Program-made: the position numbers and the translations under genes
Sequence record: SRR2962707_4463
Direction: 5' to 3' (one strand)
Length of the DNA: 33,089 bases
The notes under the pieces: model-generated
The model's database searches: none
Told to the model about the DNA's origin: nothing
What the model saw: only the letters and a program-made list of their open reading frames with translations
Shown: one piece after another, positions 17,298 to 26,748 of the stretch
Layout: every line of letters begins with the position of its first letter
How positions within the stretch are numbered: position 1 is the stretch's first letter

Positions 17298-18779
17298 TTA
17301 GCCTTTCACCGGGTCAAGAAACTGGTAGTCCGCGGTATCCACTGACCGGATCGCAAACCGGTAACTGAAGGTGAAGCCGGGCCAGTTCACGGTGTTTCGC
17401 CCATGCTCGTCCAGGTACCAGGAGCTGCAACCAGCATCCCATACACTGCCTTCCAGCCCGCGCTGGACCACCTGGCAGTATCGGCTCTGGCGATCCTCCC
17501 GTACATCCATGGCCGCGCCGGGATAGCGGGAGAGGGCGTCCAGGGCACTTAACACGTACCGGTACTGAGATTCGAGCATGAACAGAATCGAATTGTGCGC
17601 CAGGTTGGTATTCGGGCCATAGAGCATGAAGAGATTGGGGAATCCACTGACCGAGATGCCTTTGAAGGCTTTGCTGCCGTTGGTCCATGCGTCATTCAGC
17701 GTCAGACCCTCACGGCCGGCAAGGTGGATGGGCGAGAGAAACTCGCTGGCCCGGAAGCCAGTGCCGAAGATGATGATGTCGGCAGGCCGGTGCTCGCCTG
17801 TTTCAGACACTATCCCGGTCTCATCTATTCGGGCGATGCCGTCTGTGAGCAGGTTGACGTGGGGCTGATTGACCGCTCGGTACCAGTCGTTGGAGATCAG
17901 GATTCGCTTGCAGCCAATGCGGTAATCGGGAATCAAATGGTGGAGTTTATCTGGGTCTGTTACCCAGCGGCGGGCTTCTTTTTGGGCCTGATGGGCGAAC
18001 AGATCCAGAATCCACGAGAAACGGGTAAATGCCAGAGCCCGGGATTCGTTCTTCCAGTAAATGAGGCCGCGGTAGAGGCGGTCCCACAGTGGCAGCTTTT
18101 TAAACAGTGTTTGCTCAAACTGGTGAAACGGCCGGTCCGGCTTGGGCAATACCCAGGCGGCTGAGCGCTGGTAAAGGTCCAGTTGCCCGACCAGTGGCGT
18201 AATTTCGGGCACAAACTGAATCGCGCTGGCGCCGGTTCCTATTACCGCAACGCGCTTGTTGCGAAGCTCGGTGTGGTGCTGCCATCGGGCGGAATGAAAG
18301 CAGGCGCCCCGGAAGGTCTCGAGCCCCGGAATGTTCGGCATGGCTGGCCGGTTCAACTGGCCAGTGGCGGTGATTAACACGTCGGCTTTGAATGTGTCGC
18401 CGGTTTCGGTCACCACGCGCCACTGGTTGCTGTGATCGTCAAATGCTGCGGACGTTACCGCCTGATTGAACTGGATGTGAGGCTCCAGTTGGTATTTGGT
18501 AACACAGGCTTCCATGTATTCGAGGATTTCAGGCTGAGCTCCGAATTTCCGGCTCCAGTCGTGTTTGGGCTCGAACGAGTAGGAGTAGAGGTGGGACTGA
18601 ACATCGCAGGCCGCGCCGGGGTATGTGTTGTCACGCCAGGTTCCGCCCACCCCGCCGGCTTTTTCCAGCAGAGTCAGGTCCGTAAATCCTGCCTGTTTGA
18701 GTTTGATGGCCATTCCGATTCCGCCGAATCCGGTACCGATAATGAGAACAGAGGGTTTTCGGGTGCGAGCGTGGGCCAT
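17298..18779 (-). CDS. Flavin-containing monooxygenase, type I Baeyer-Villiger family
   Basis: Two Rossmann motifs (IIGTGFGG, VIGTGASA), fingerprint GGTWRDNTYPGAACD, FRGACFHSARW, GCKRIL and GTGF. Confidence 0.92.
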   Translation of the reverse strand: MAHARTRKPSVLIIGTGFGGIGMAIKLKQAGFTDLTLLEKAGGVGGTWRDNTYPGAACDVQSHLYSYSFEPKHDWSRKFGAQPEILEYMEACVTKYQLEPHIQFNQAVTSAAFDDHSNQWRVVTETGDTFKADVLITATGQLNRPAMPNIPGLETFRGACFHSARWQHHTELRNKRVAVIGTGASAIQFVPEITPLVGQLDLYQRSAAWVLPKPDRPFHQFEQTLFKKLPLWDRLYRGLIYWKNESRALAFTRFSWILDLFAHQAQKEARRWVTDPDKLHHLIPDYRIGCKRILISNDWYRAVNQPHVNLLTDGIARIDETGIVSETGEHRPADIIIFGTGFRASEFLSPIHLAGREGLTLNDAWTNGSKAFKGISVSGFPNLFMLYGPNTNLAHNSILFMLESQYRYVLSALDALSRYPGAAMDVREDRQSRYCQVVQRGLEGSVWDAGCSSWYLDEHGRNTVNWPGFTFSYRFAIRSVDTADYQFLDPVKG

Positions 18780-18846
18780 GGATAATCCTTGTTATTGTTG
18801 TACACCAACGACTATAACGGCCTGTTTGTGTAATACATAGGCCGAA

Positions 18847-19755
18847 TCAACCAGATTGATTGTCCGAAAAGGTCAGTAACTCCTCGGCTTTCTGAGCCAT
18901 CAACTCCCGCAATACCGGCGACTCAAACTGGCGCCGGATACGAATGGCGTAAAACTCTTCGAATACGCCGGGCAGGGCACCGTAGTCCTTCAACTCGCCG
19001 TTTCTCAGCTCATCCCGGACCACCACCGGCGGCAGTATGGCGTAGTGCCCGCTGTCCCGGGTCAGCAAACGCATCATGGCCATGTCGTCTACTTCAGCGA
19101 TGATTACAGGGTGAATGTGGTGGTGCTCACAGAGCTGATCGAAGGCCTGCCGTATGTTGTTGTCAGGCCCCGGCAGAATCAGGGGTCGGTCGCGCAGAAT
19201 ATCGGGAAATCCAGGGGCATTCTGGCTGCCCGGCGGCCCGATTACGCTGACCGACTGGCGGGCTATACGGCGTGAGCGCCAGGGCGTTTCTTCGTCACCT
19301 TGTACTGACTGATTCGACAGAATCAGATCGAGTCGGTGCGCTGACAAACGGCGAAGAAGGTCGTCAAGGCTCCCGCTTTGCAGCTTGAGCTCCAGATCTT
19401 TTCGTCCCAGCAGGGGCCGCAGGAAGCCTTCCTGAAAGTTTCTGGAGAGGGTTGCGACCGCACCGACTTTCAGAGTTTCCCGGTTGGCCTGACGCCCGGT
19501 ACGAAACAGCGCCTCCAGTTCCTCCCCCTGGCGGAAAATCTCTTCAGCGTAGGTAAAGGCGACCCGCCCGGCCTCCGATAGTCGCAGTCGACGCCCCTCC
19601 CGGACAAAAAGATCGTAGCCAAGGCTTTCCTCCAGCTTTCGTATCTGGCCGGACAATGCGGACTGAGAGATATGAAGTGATTCGGCCGCCCGGGTGAGGT
19701 GTCCGGTTCGAGCCACAGTCCAGAAATAGTAAAGGTGATGGTAGTTCAGGCGCAT
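18847..19755 (-). CDS. LysR family transcriptional regulator (NhaR-like), divergent from dabBA
   Basis: HTH LNYHHLYYFWTVARTGHLTRAAESLHISQSALSGQIRKLE; AEVDDMAMM; about 300 aa. Confidence 0.93.
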   Translation of the reverse strand: MRLNYHHLYYFWTVARTGHLTRAAESLHISQSALSGQIRKLEESLGYDLFVREGRRLRLSEAGRVAFTYAEEIFRQGEELEALFRTGRQANRETLKVGAVATLSRNFQEGFLRPLLGRKDLELKLQSGSLDDLLRRLSAHRLDLILSNQSVQGDEETPWRSRRIARQSVSVIGPPGSQNAPGFPDILRDRPLILPGPDNNIRQAFDQLCEHHHIHPVIIAEVDDMAMMRLLTRDSGHYAILPPVVVRDELRNGELKDYGALPGVFEEFYAIRIRRQFESPVLRELMAQKAEELLTFSDNQSG

Positions 19756-19770
19756 GGTGGTCTCTTGCCT

Positions 19771-19787
19771 GTTCTTTAAAAGTGAAC
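19771..19787. promoter_or_regulatory. Putative LysR binding site (T-N11-A dyad)
   Basis: GTTC-tttaaaagt-GAAC; T19773-N11-A19785, in the AT-rich divergent lysR/dabB intergenic region. Confidence 0.55.
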
Positions 19788-19862
19788 GATTTAATCTTTA
19801 TAAACTATTTTATATATGAGTGCATTAACGGCAAAGTAGGCGTGAAACTGAAGGAGCCCAAC

Positions 19863-21476
19863 ATGACAACACTTACCATGACTGCTTCGCTCGTGCTGTT
19901 GATGGCCTGGCTGGCCCTGCCTGTTGCCCTGCTGGCGCTGGCTGGATTCGCCAACTGGTCGAAAAACCCTCTCAAACTGGCTCATTGCTGGCGCCTGGCG
20001 GAAAGCGGTTTCAGGCTGTTGCTGCTGGCAACTGCCACCATTGGTGCAGTCCTGTTGTTTGACCGGTTGGTGTTTGATACCGGTCTGCCGGAGCTCGGCA
20101 TTCGACTGGGGCTGTACCCGGACGGATTGGCGGTATGGATGGCTCTGATGGTCTGTTTCATTGCCTGGGTCATTCTTCGTTATACCCGGGACTACCTGCG
20201 TGGCGACCCGGCTTATAATGCGTTTTTGCCCTGGTTCCTCACTACAGTAGTCAGTGTACTGGTGCTGGTGTTTACCGATCACTTGCTGGTGCTGGCTGGT
20301 GCCTGGGTAGGTGTAAGTCTGTCATTGCACCAGCTGCTGACGCTGTACGCGGAACGGCCACAGGCTCGCCTCGCGGCAGCTCAAAAATTTATTGCCAGCC
20401 GGCTTGGCGATGCCGCCATTCTGGCAGCCGTGCTGTTAATCTGGAATCACTACGGCAGCTTCCGCATCCCTGAAATCTATGCTTTGGGCGAACACCTGGG
20501 CCGCGAATCCCAGTCGCTGACCATCGCTTCTGTTTTGCTGGCGGTGGCTGCTGCGCTCAAATGTGCCCAGCTACCGTTCCACGGTTGGCTGATCCGGGTG
20601 ATGGAAGCTCCCACCCCTGTGTCAGCACTTCTGCATGCGGGCGTAGTCAACCTGGGCGGTTTCCTTTGGCTGCGACTGTTCCCGGTGTTTGAAGGCTTCA
20701 CGGCAGGGCACATGATCCTGCTGGTTGTTGGCGGGGCAACCGCCATCGTCGCCGTGTTCACCATGATGACCCAGAATTCAGCGAAACATGGCCTGGTCTG
20801 GTCCACCAATGCCCAGATGGGCTTCATGCTGTTCGAGATTGCGCTGGGCGCCTACACGCTGGCACTACTGCACCTGCTGGCTCACTCCCTGTACAAGGCG
20901 CACTCGTTCCTGGCCGTTGGCCGTACCGTCAAAGTCTCCCGGATTGCGTTTTCAGAGCAAATCAGCAAGTCGCAAGCCGGTCTCGCTCTGCTGGCCTCTG
21001 GCCTGGCCGCCGCCCTGCTGTGGCAGGCCCCACAACTGGTGGCCCACAAGCCGGTACTGGCGGCCTTGCTGGTGTTCGCGGTTGGCGCTGCCGTTCTGGG
21101 TACACCGGGAGCAAGCCAAAAAGGCGCCCGTGTCGTCGTGTTGCTGCTGGCCGTTGCTCTGGTCCCCCTGTACGGGGTGCTTAACTGGCTGCTGAGCACC
21201 GCTTTGCCTCAGATCGCGCACACAGCCTTGCCGGTTGGCGCGGAGTGGTTCGCCTGGGTAGTTCTGGCCGTGCTGTTTGTGTTGTCGCTGTTGCTATGCG
21301 CCCGCCCGCAGGGCGTGGTGGCGCAGAAGCTCCACTGGCACTTCAGCCAAGGACTCTATCTCGACAAGCCTTTCGAAAAGCTTACCCGCCGATGGGCACA
21401 AACCTGGCTCAATGCTCATGGTAAACCGGCCGACATGCGACTGCGGCACAGGGCTCTGACTGGAGAAAGATCATGA
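19863..21476 (+). CDS. dabB: NuoL/ND5-like membrane subunit of the DAB inorganic carbon transporter (DabB/MpsA)
   Basis: SRLGD, LKCAQLPFHGWL..MEAPTPVSALLHAGVVNLGG, WST.AQMGFML, HL.AHSLYKAHSFL; ATG 19863 with AAGGAG RBS; overlaps a DUF2309 gene and no other nuo genes are nearby. Confidence 0.88.
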   Translation: MTTLTMTASLVLLMAWLALPVALLALAGFANWSKNPLKLAHCWRLAESGFRLLLLATATIGAVLLFDRLVFDTGLPELGIRLGLYPDGLAVWMALMVCFIAWVILRYTRDYLRGDPAYNAFLPWFLTTVVSVLVLVFTDHLLVLAGAWVGVSLSLHQLLTLYAERPQARLAAAQKFIASRLGDAAILAAVLLIWNHYGSFRIPEIYALGEHLGRESQSLTIASVLLAVAAALKCAQLPFHGWLIRVMEAPTPVSALLHAGVVNLGGFLWLRLFPVFEGFTAGHMILLVVGGATAIVAVFTMMTQNSAKHGLVWSTNAQMGFMLFEIALGAYTLALLHLLAHSLYKAHSFLAVGRTVKVSRIAFSEQISKSQAGLALLASGLAAALLWQAPQLVAHKPVLAALLVFAVGAAVLGTPGASQKGARVVVLLLAVALVPLYGVLNWLLSTALPQIAHTALPVGAEWFAWVVLAVLFVLSLLLCARPQGVVAQKLHWHFSQGLYLDKPFEKLTRRWAQTWLNAHGKPADMRLRHRALTGERS

Positions 21477-23878
21477 ACGCACCTGTTACGAATTCTGTTT
21501 CCTGTGAACAGGTTATTCCGGAGCTTCTTAATGAAGCCTGCGAACGAATCGCGCCCATCTGGCCGTTAGATCGCTGGATCGCAGTTAACCCCTGGTGGGG
21601 CAGCAGGACTGGACCTGTCGAAAAGGTTTCCCGAGAACTGGACAACCTGTTCGGGGCAGGGTTGTTGATGCCTCCGGCTTTCTACCGGGAAGCCTGGGAC
21701 GGCGGTCGTATTCAGCGTCCGCACCTTGAGGAAGCTGCCCGCGAAGCGGGCTTGAAAGATGATAGCCAGGCGCTCCTGGCCCAGCTTTCCGGGGCGGCAT
21801 CAAATCAGCCCAGGTTTGTGTCGGCTCTTGGTTACATCCGCCGTGGTCAACAGGAACCGTCCCTCGAGGAGGTCCGGGAAGAGATCGGACGCGCCTGTGC
21901 GCGCTACTTCGACCTGCGTCAGAATCGCTGGCGGGTTTCTGGTACAAAACAGGATCTGTATCAGTTCTGGCTTAGTCAGTCCGGACGCTCTCTGGCCCGG
22001 AAAGCCAGCGTGGAAATGTTGCTGAAGCCTGACTGGCAGGAAGCGGCTGCAACGGTAGCCCGTGAGTTGCCTTACAGCAGCCGCCAACTGCCCCTGGTGA
22101 TCCACCACCTGCTCGGCCATTTGCTGGGCTGGGCATCCTGGTGCAGAGGTGTGGACTGGCGAACAGCACTGGGCGATCCTCATGAAAGCGGTACCGAACA
22201 CTTCTGCGCGCAATTGGCGACCATCTGGCTCATTCATGAGGCCCATGCGCTGATCAATATGACTGAGGCAGAGCGTCAGAGCTGGCAGAATCGTTACGTC
22301 AATGCGTTCGATCTGGCGCCGGCCTCCGCTAATGAACAGGCACTCTGGATATGGCATCGGGCCTATGAGCTGGCCTGGCAGTCCCGTTTCCTTGACGATA
22401 TCCGCTCCAGTGAGCGGAGCTCGCTGGCGGAACCGGATCCGGTGGCGGAAGTGCAGGCCGCCTTCTGCATAGACGTAAGGTCCGAAGTCATTCGTCGACA
22501 GCTGGAGAAGGTATACCCTGAAATCAGAACGCTGGGAGTGGCGGGCTTTTTCGGCATGCCCATTGTTCACCACAGGCATGGCCCAACCGATGACGAAGCC
22601 CGGCTGCCGGGACTGCTGGCGCCGGTGTATCGGTACTCGGAAACCCTGGGCAGTCCGTCAGAAGACCGGGAGCTGGACCGGAAACTGGACAGCCGCGAAC
22701 AGGTTCGGGAGTCCGTACGCCGGGCCAAATACTCCAGCCTGTCTACATTCACACTGGTGGAAACCACTGGCCTTGCCTGGGCCTGGAAGCTGGTTCGCGA
22801 CAGCCTGAACAGAAACTCTGCAAAAGCAGAGGCGGTGGAACCCGGCAGGCTCCACCACTGCGTGGACGGCTATCCTTTGTCAGACCCTGAGCGGGTAAAT
22901 CTGGCGGAAGGGCTTTTGCGGGCGATGTCCCTGACCAAAGGCTTCGCCAGCGTGTTGTTGCTGGTGGGCCATGGTGCCCATACGGACAACAACCCCAACG
23001 AAGCTGGTCTGGCCTGTGGAGCCTGTGGCGGCAAAAATGGAGGGGTAAATGCCAGAGTGGCTGCCGAGCTGCTGAATGACCGGCAGGTGAGGGCGGGCCT
23101 GGCAGAGCGTGGCATTGTTATGCCCGAGAGCACCATTGCCCTGGCGGCTGAGCATTGCACGATCACGGACAGAATAACCATTTACGGGCGGGACCAGGTG
23201 CCCGACAGCCATCAGCGGGTATTTAATACGCTGGTTGAGAAGCTTGAGGCTGCTGGCCAGGCCTGTCGCAGAGAAAGAGCCACCAGTCTTGGGCTTAATG
23301 GCAAGAGCGATGATGACCTGCTTGCCGAACTCAAACGCCGGACTCGCAACTGGGCGGAAGTGCGGCCTGAGTGGGGCCTGGCCAACAATGCCGGCATGGT
23401 GATCGGCCCGCGTTCACTTACTCGCTCACTGGATCTCGGAGGGCGCTGCTTCCTGCACGACTATGATCCGTCGCAGGACCCGTCCGGAGAGGTTCTGACC
23501 CTGCTGATGTCTGCGCCCATGGTGGTGGCAAACTGGATTAATCTGCAGTATTTCGGTTCCGTTGCGAGGCCGGATATCTTCGGTGCCGGCAACAAACTGC
23601 TGCACTCGGTGGTTGGCGGCAACCTGGGTGCCATCGAGGGCAATGGTGTCGATCTCAAGATCGGACTTCCGTTGCAGTCAGTATTCGACGGTGAGCACTG
23701 GCGCCACGAGCCAATGCGCCTTGCGGTGGTGATCGATGCACCGGCGGAACGCATTGAAGCGGTGATCCGGGGTAACGCGGATGTCCGGGCTCTGATAGAA
23801 AACCGCTGGCTCTGGCTGCACCGAGTGGAGGGCGACCAGACGCTGCGTTACGAAGACGGCAGGTGGGTAACCACCTGA
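21473..23878 (+). CDS. dabA: DUF2309/UPF0753 beta-carbonic-anhydrase-like subunit of DAB (DabA/MpsB)
   Basis: IAPIWPLDRWIAVNP, QAAFCIDVRSE (Zn ligands C and D), GVAGFFG, VGHG (H), CGACGG (C), WAEVRPEWGLANNA, FLHDY, WINLQY, HEPMRL, NRWLWL; ATGA overlap with dabB. Confidence 0.93.
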   Translation: MNAPVTNSVSCEQVIPELLNEACERIAPIWPLDRWIAVNPWWGSRTGPVEKVSRELDNLFGAGLLMPPAFYREAWDGGRIQRPHLEEAAREAGLKDDSQALLAQLSGAASNQPRFVSALGYIRRGQQEPSLEEVREEIGRACARYFDLRQNRWRVSGTKQDLYQFWLSQSGRSLARKASVEMLLKPDWQEAAATVARELPYSSRQLPLVIHHLLGHLLGWASWCRGVDWRTALGDPHESGTEHFCAQLATIWLIHEAHALINMTEAERQSWQNRYVNAFDLAPASANEQALWIWHRAYELAWQSRFLDDIRSSERSSLAEPDPVAEVQAAFCIDVRSEVIRRQLEKVYPEIRTLGVAGFFGMPIVHHRHGPTDDEARLPGLLAPVYRYSETLGSPSEDRELDRKLDSREQVRESVRRAKYSSLSTFTLVETTGLAWAWKLVRDSLNRNSAKAEAVEPGRLHHCVDGYPLSDPERVNLAEGLLRAMSLTKGFASVLLLVGHGAHTDNNPNEAGLACGACGGKNGGVNARVAAELLNDRQVRAGLAERGIVMPESTIALAAEHCTITDRITIYGRDQVPDSHQRVFNTLVEKLEAAGQACRRERATSLGLNGKSDDDLLAELKRRTRNWAEVRPEWGLANNAGMVIGPRSLTRSLDLGGRCFLHDYDPSQDPSGEVLTLLMSAPMVVANWINLQYFGSVARPDIFGAGNKLLHSVVGGNLGAIEGNGVDLKIGLPLQSVFDGEHWRHEPMRLAVVIDAPAERIEAVIRGNADVRALIENRWLWLHRVEGDQTLRYEDGRWVTT

Positions 23879-23885
23879 CCGCCGA

Positions 23886-25007
23886 TCACATATTGCTGGC
23901 GTTGGCTGCCTCGGTGTATTGCCAGTCGATCGTTCTCGGTTGAACGCTGTCGGCGACAAAGAGGTGGCCAACGTCGGGTACCGCGTACCAGAGTTCACCG
24001 CGGGTGGGGTTCTGGCGCGCAAACTCCGCATGGCTCATGCCGATTTCCCAGATTTCATCGCTCTGCCAGCCTTCCGGGGCAAGTTCAATACGCACTTCCG
24101 AGCCGATCAGGCTGATGGCTTCAATGCGCAGGGGCAGGCGGGCCTTGGCCGCGGGGGATCGGGACAGCTGAACTTCGTGGGGGCGCAGGTAGAGCTGGGC
24201 TTCCTGATCCTGGCGAATCCCCGGCAGGGATACCCAGGCATCGCCCTGAACCAGTTTCTGACCTTTCACCAAACCCGACAACACGTTGACGTGGCCCAGG
24301 AAGTCGAAGACGAACCGGCTTTCTGGCCGGGCATACAGTCCAGTCGGTGAATTCACCTGTTCCACCTGACCCTGGCTCATAACCACCACCTGGTCTGACA
24401 GCTCCAGCGCTTCTTCCTGATCGTGGGTCACGAAAATGCTGGTGAAGTGGTACTCGTCGTGTAACGCGCGAAGCCAGCGGCGCAAATCCTTTCGGACTTT
24501 GGCATCCAGGGCGCCGAAGGGCTCATCCAGCAGCAGAATACGAGGCTGAGTTGCCAGCGCGCGAGCCAGAGCAACACGCTGTTTCTGCCCACCAGACAGC
24601 TGTGCCGGATAGCGTTTGGCCAGTTCGGGCAACTGAATCATCTCCAGCAGCTTGGCCACCCGTTGGCGGATTTCCGGCTTTGAGGGGCGCTGCTTTTTGG
24701 GGAGCGACTCCAGGCCGAACGCGATGTTCTCGGCAACGGTCAGGTGCCGGAACAGGGCGTAATGCTGAAACACAAACCCGATGTTGCGGTCGCGAACGTG
24801 TAACTGGCTGACATCGTCACCACCGAACAGGATGCGGCCGGAATCCGAAGACTCCAGTCCGGCAATAATCCGGAGTAAGGTGGTTTTGCCGGAGCCAGAG
24901 GGGCCGAGAAGGGCGGTGAGCTGGCCTTCGGGAATATCCAGAGAGACATTCTTCAGCGCTTGAAAGCCGCCGAAGTGCTTGTTGATCTGGTCAATGGTGA
25001 TACTCAT
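23886..25007 (-). CDS. cysA: Sulfate/thiosulfate ABC transporter ATP-binding protein
   Basis: [56 protein letters not shown]; start MSITID at 25007 with GGAGG RBS. Confidence 0.96.
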   Translation of the reverse strand: MSITIDQINKHFGGFQALKNVSLDIPEGQLTALLGPSGSGKTTLLRIIAGLESSDSGRILFGGDDVSQLHVRDRNIGFVFQHYALFRHLTVAENIAFGLESLPKKQRPSKPEIRQRVAKLLEMIQLPELAKRYPAQLSGGQKQRVALARALATQPRILLLDEPFGALDAKVRKDLRRWLRALHDEYHFTSIFVTHDQEEALELSDQVVVMSQGQVEQVNSPTGLYARPESRFVFDFLGHVNVLSGLVKGQKLVQGDAWVSLPGIRQDQEAQLYLRPHEVQLSRSPAAKARLPLRIEAISLIGSEVRIELAPEGWQSDEIWEIGMSHAEFARQNPTRGELWYAVPDVGHLFVADSVQPRTIDWQYTEAANASNM

Positions 25008-25008
25008 G

Positions 25009-25866
25009 TCACGCACCTCCTTCTTCGGGCGTCGCGTGTTCAGCTCGGGACTGACGCCATTCGACAAATGCTTTTGCAATCAGTGTCAGGATGGCGATAC
25101 CGGCCAGCAGTGAAGCACTGGCAAAGGCCCCGACAATGTTGTAATCCTGATAAAGCAGTTCAACATGCAGCGGTAAGGTATTGGTTTCTCCGCGAACATT
25201 GCCGGATACCACCGAGACCGCACCGAATTCACCTACAGCCCGGGCGTTGGTCAGCACCACACCGTAGATCAATGCCCACTTGATATTAGGCAGTGTGATT
25301 TTGCGAAAAATCCGCCAGCCGGAAGCGCCCAGCACCACGCCGGCTTCTTCCTCCTCGCTGCCTTGTTGCTGCATCAAGGGGATCAGCTCCCTGGCCACAA
25401 ACGGACAGGTTACGAATACGGTGACCATCACGATGCCGGGCCAGGAGAACATCAACTGAACGTCGTAGTTGCTCAGCCAACTGCCCAGCCAGCCGTTCCG
25501 GCCATAGAGCAGCAGGTACAGCAGACCGGCAACAACCGGTGATACCGCAAATGGAATATCGATCAGGGTGATCAACAGCTTGCGCCCGGGAAAACGGAAC
25601 CGAGTAACCGACCAGGCGAGGGCTGTCCCGAAAACCAGGTTAAGCGGCACCGTGAGTGCGGCCACAAACAAAGTCAGGCCGATGGCATCCAGGGTGTATT
25701 CATCCAGGACATTGCCGGCAAAAGCGCTCCAGCCTGTGCTCAGTGCTTGCGTAAAGATCACCACTACGGGAATCACCAGCATGATCAGAGTAATTGCGAG
25801 GGCCAGCCCGATCAGGCTGCGGCGCACCCAGGGTTGGTCACCAATACGGCGGTTTTGCGCAGCCAT
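25009..25866 (-). CDS. cysW: Sulfate ABC transporter permease CysW
   Basis: [51 protein letters not shown]. Confidence 0.96.
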   Translation of the reverse strand: MAAQNRRIGDQPWVRRSLIGLALAITLIMLVIPVVVIFTQALSTGWSAFAGNVLDEYTLDAIGLTLFVAALTVPLNLVFGTALAWSVTRFRFPGRKLLITLIDIPFAVSPVVAGLLYLLLYGRNGWLGSWLSNYDVQLMFSWPGIVMVTVFVTCPFVARELIPLMQQQGSEEEEAGVVLGASGWRIFRKITLPNIKWALIYGVVLTNARAVGEFGAVSVVSGNVRGETNTLPLHVELLYQDYNIVGAFASASLLAGIAILTLIAKAFVEWRQSRAEHATPEEGGA

Positions 25867-26739
25867 CTATCGACCCTCCAGCCTGCGCAGGTAGCGACCC
25901 TGCCAGAGGTTGATGGAGAACAGCAGAATCAGCGACGCCAGCAATACCAGCGAGGCAATGGCACTGGCGGCCGCGTAGTCATACTCCTGCAGACGGATGA
26001 AGATCATCAGGCTGGTGACTTCGCTGACGTAGGGCGTGTTGCCGGCGATAAAGATAATCGCACCAAATTCGCCCAGGCTGCGGGTGAAAGACAGGGCGAT
26101 TCCGGTCACCAGGGCTGGCCACAGCGAAGGAAAGATAACTTTGCGGAACACACGCCCGTCAGATGCCCCCAGGCTAACAGCGGCTTCTTCATCGGCTGGC
26201 GACAGCTCCTCAAGCACTGGCTGCACCGTACGCACCACAAACGGGATGCTGGTAAATGCCATGGCTACAACGATGCCCAGGGGTGTAAACGCAACCTCCA
26301 CACCGATTTTGGCCAGCCATTGGCCGTACCAGCCATTCTGGGAAAATAGCGTTGCCAGGGTGATGCCGGCGACAGCAGTCGGCAAGGCAAAGGGCAGGTC
26401 GACCACGGCGTCGACAATACGCTTGCCCGGAAACTCATAGCGAACCAGCACCCAGGCCAACAGCAACCCGAACAGGCCATTGAACAGTGACGCTGCAAGG
26501 GCCGTCCATAAGGTAACCTTGTACGACTCCACCACGCGCGGATCGGTGATGGTGAACCAGAACTGGTCCCAGGTCATGCCGGAGGTTTCAACGACCAGCC
26601 CGGTCATCGGCAGCAGCAAAACCAGGCTGACAAAAAACAGCGAAATGCCGAGGCTCAGACCGAACCCCGGCAATACCCGTTTGTTACGACGACCAAGGCG
26701 CCGCACGGGGGCGACGCCTGCTTGAGCGGAGGTGGGCAT
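25867..26739 (-). CDS. cysT: Sulfate ABC transporter permease CysT (CysU)
   Basis: VLPGFGLSLG, DLPFALPTAVAGITL, PFVVRTVQPVL, RSLGEFGAIIFIAGN. Confidence 0.96.
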   Translation of the reverse strand: MPTSAQAGVAPVRRLGRRNKRVLPGFGLSLGISLFFVSLVLLLPMTGLVVETSGMTWDQFWFTITDPRVVESYKVTLWTALAASLFNGLFGLLLAWVLVRYEFPGKRIVDAVVDLPFALPTAVAGITLATLFSQNGWYGQWLAKIGVEVAFTPLGIVVAMAFTSIPFVVRTVQPVLEELSPADEEAAVSLGASDGRVFRKVIFPSLWPALVTGIALSFTRSLGEFGAIIFIAGNTPYVSEVTSLMIFIRLQEYDYAAASAIASLVLLASLILLFSINLWQGRYLRRLEGR

Positions 26740-26748
26740 AGCTTGCTC

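Noticed and set aside
19863-21476. Complex I nuoL or Mrp antiporter subunit
   Set aside because: No other nuo or mrp genes are present; coupling to a DUF2309 gene identifies it as the DAB membrane subunit.
25008-25079. ORF-caller N-terminal extensions (cysA to 25079; also dabB from 19782, adh to 30059, xdhC-like from 31777)
   Set aside because: Downstream ATGs have better SD sequences or match family N-termini; the extensions overlap neighbouring genes or promoter regions.
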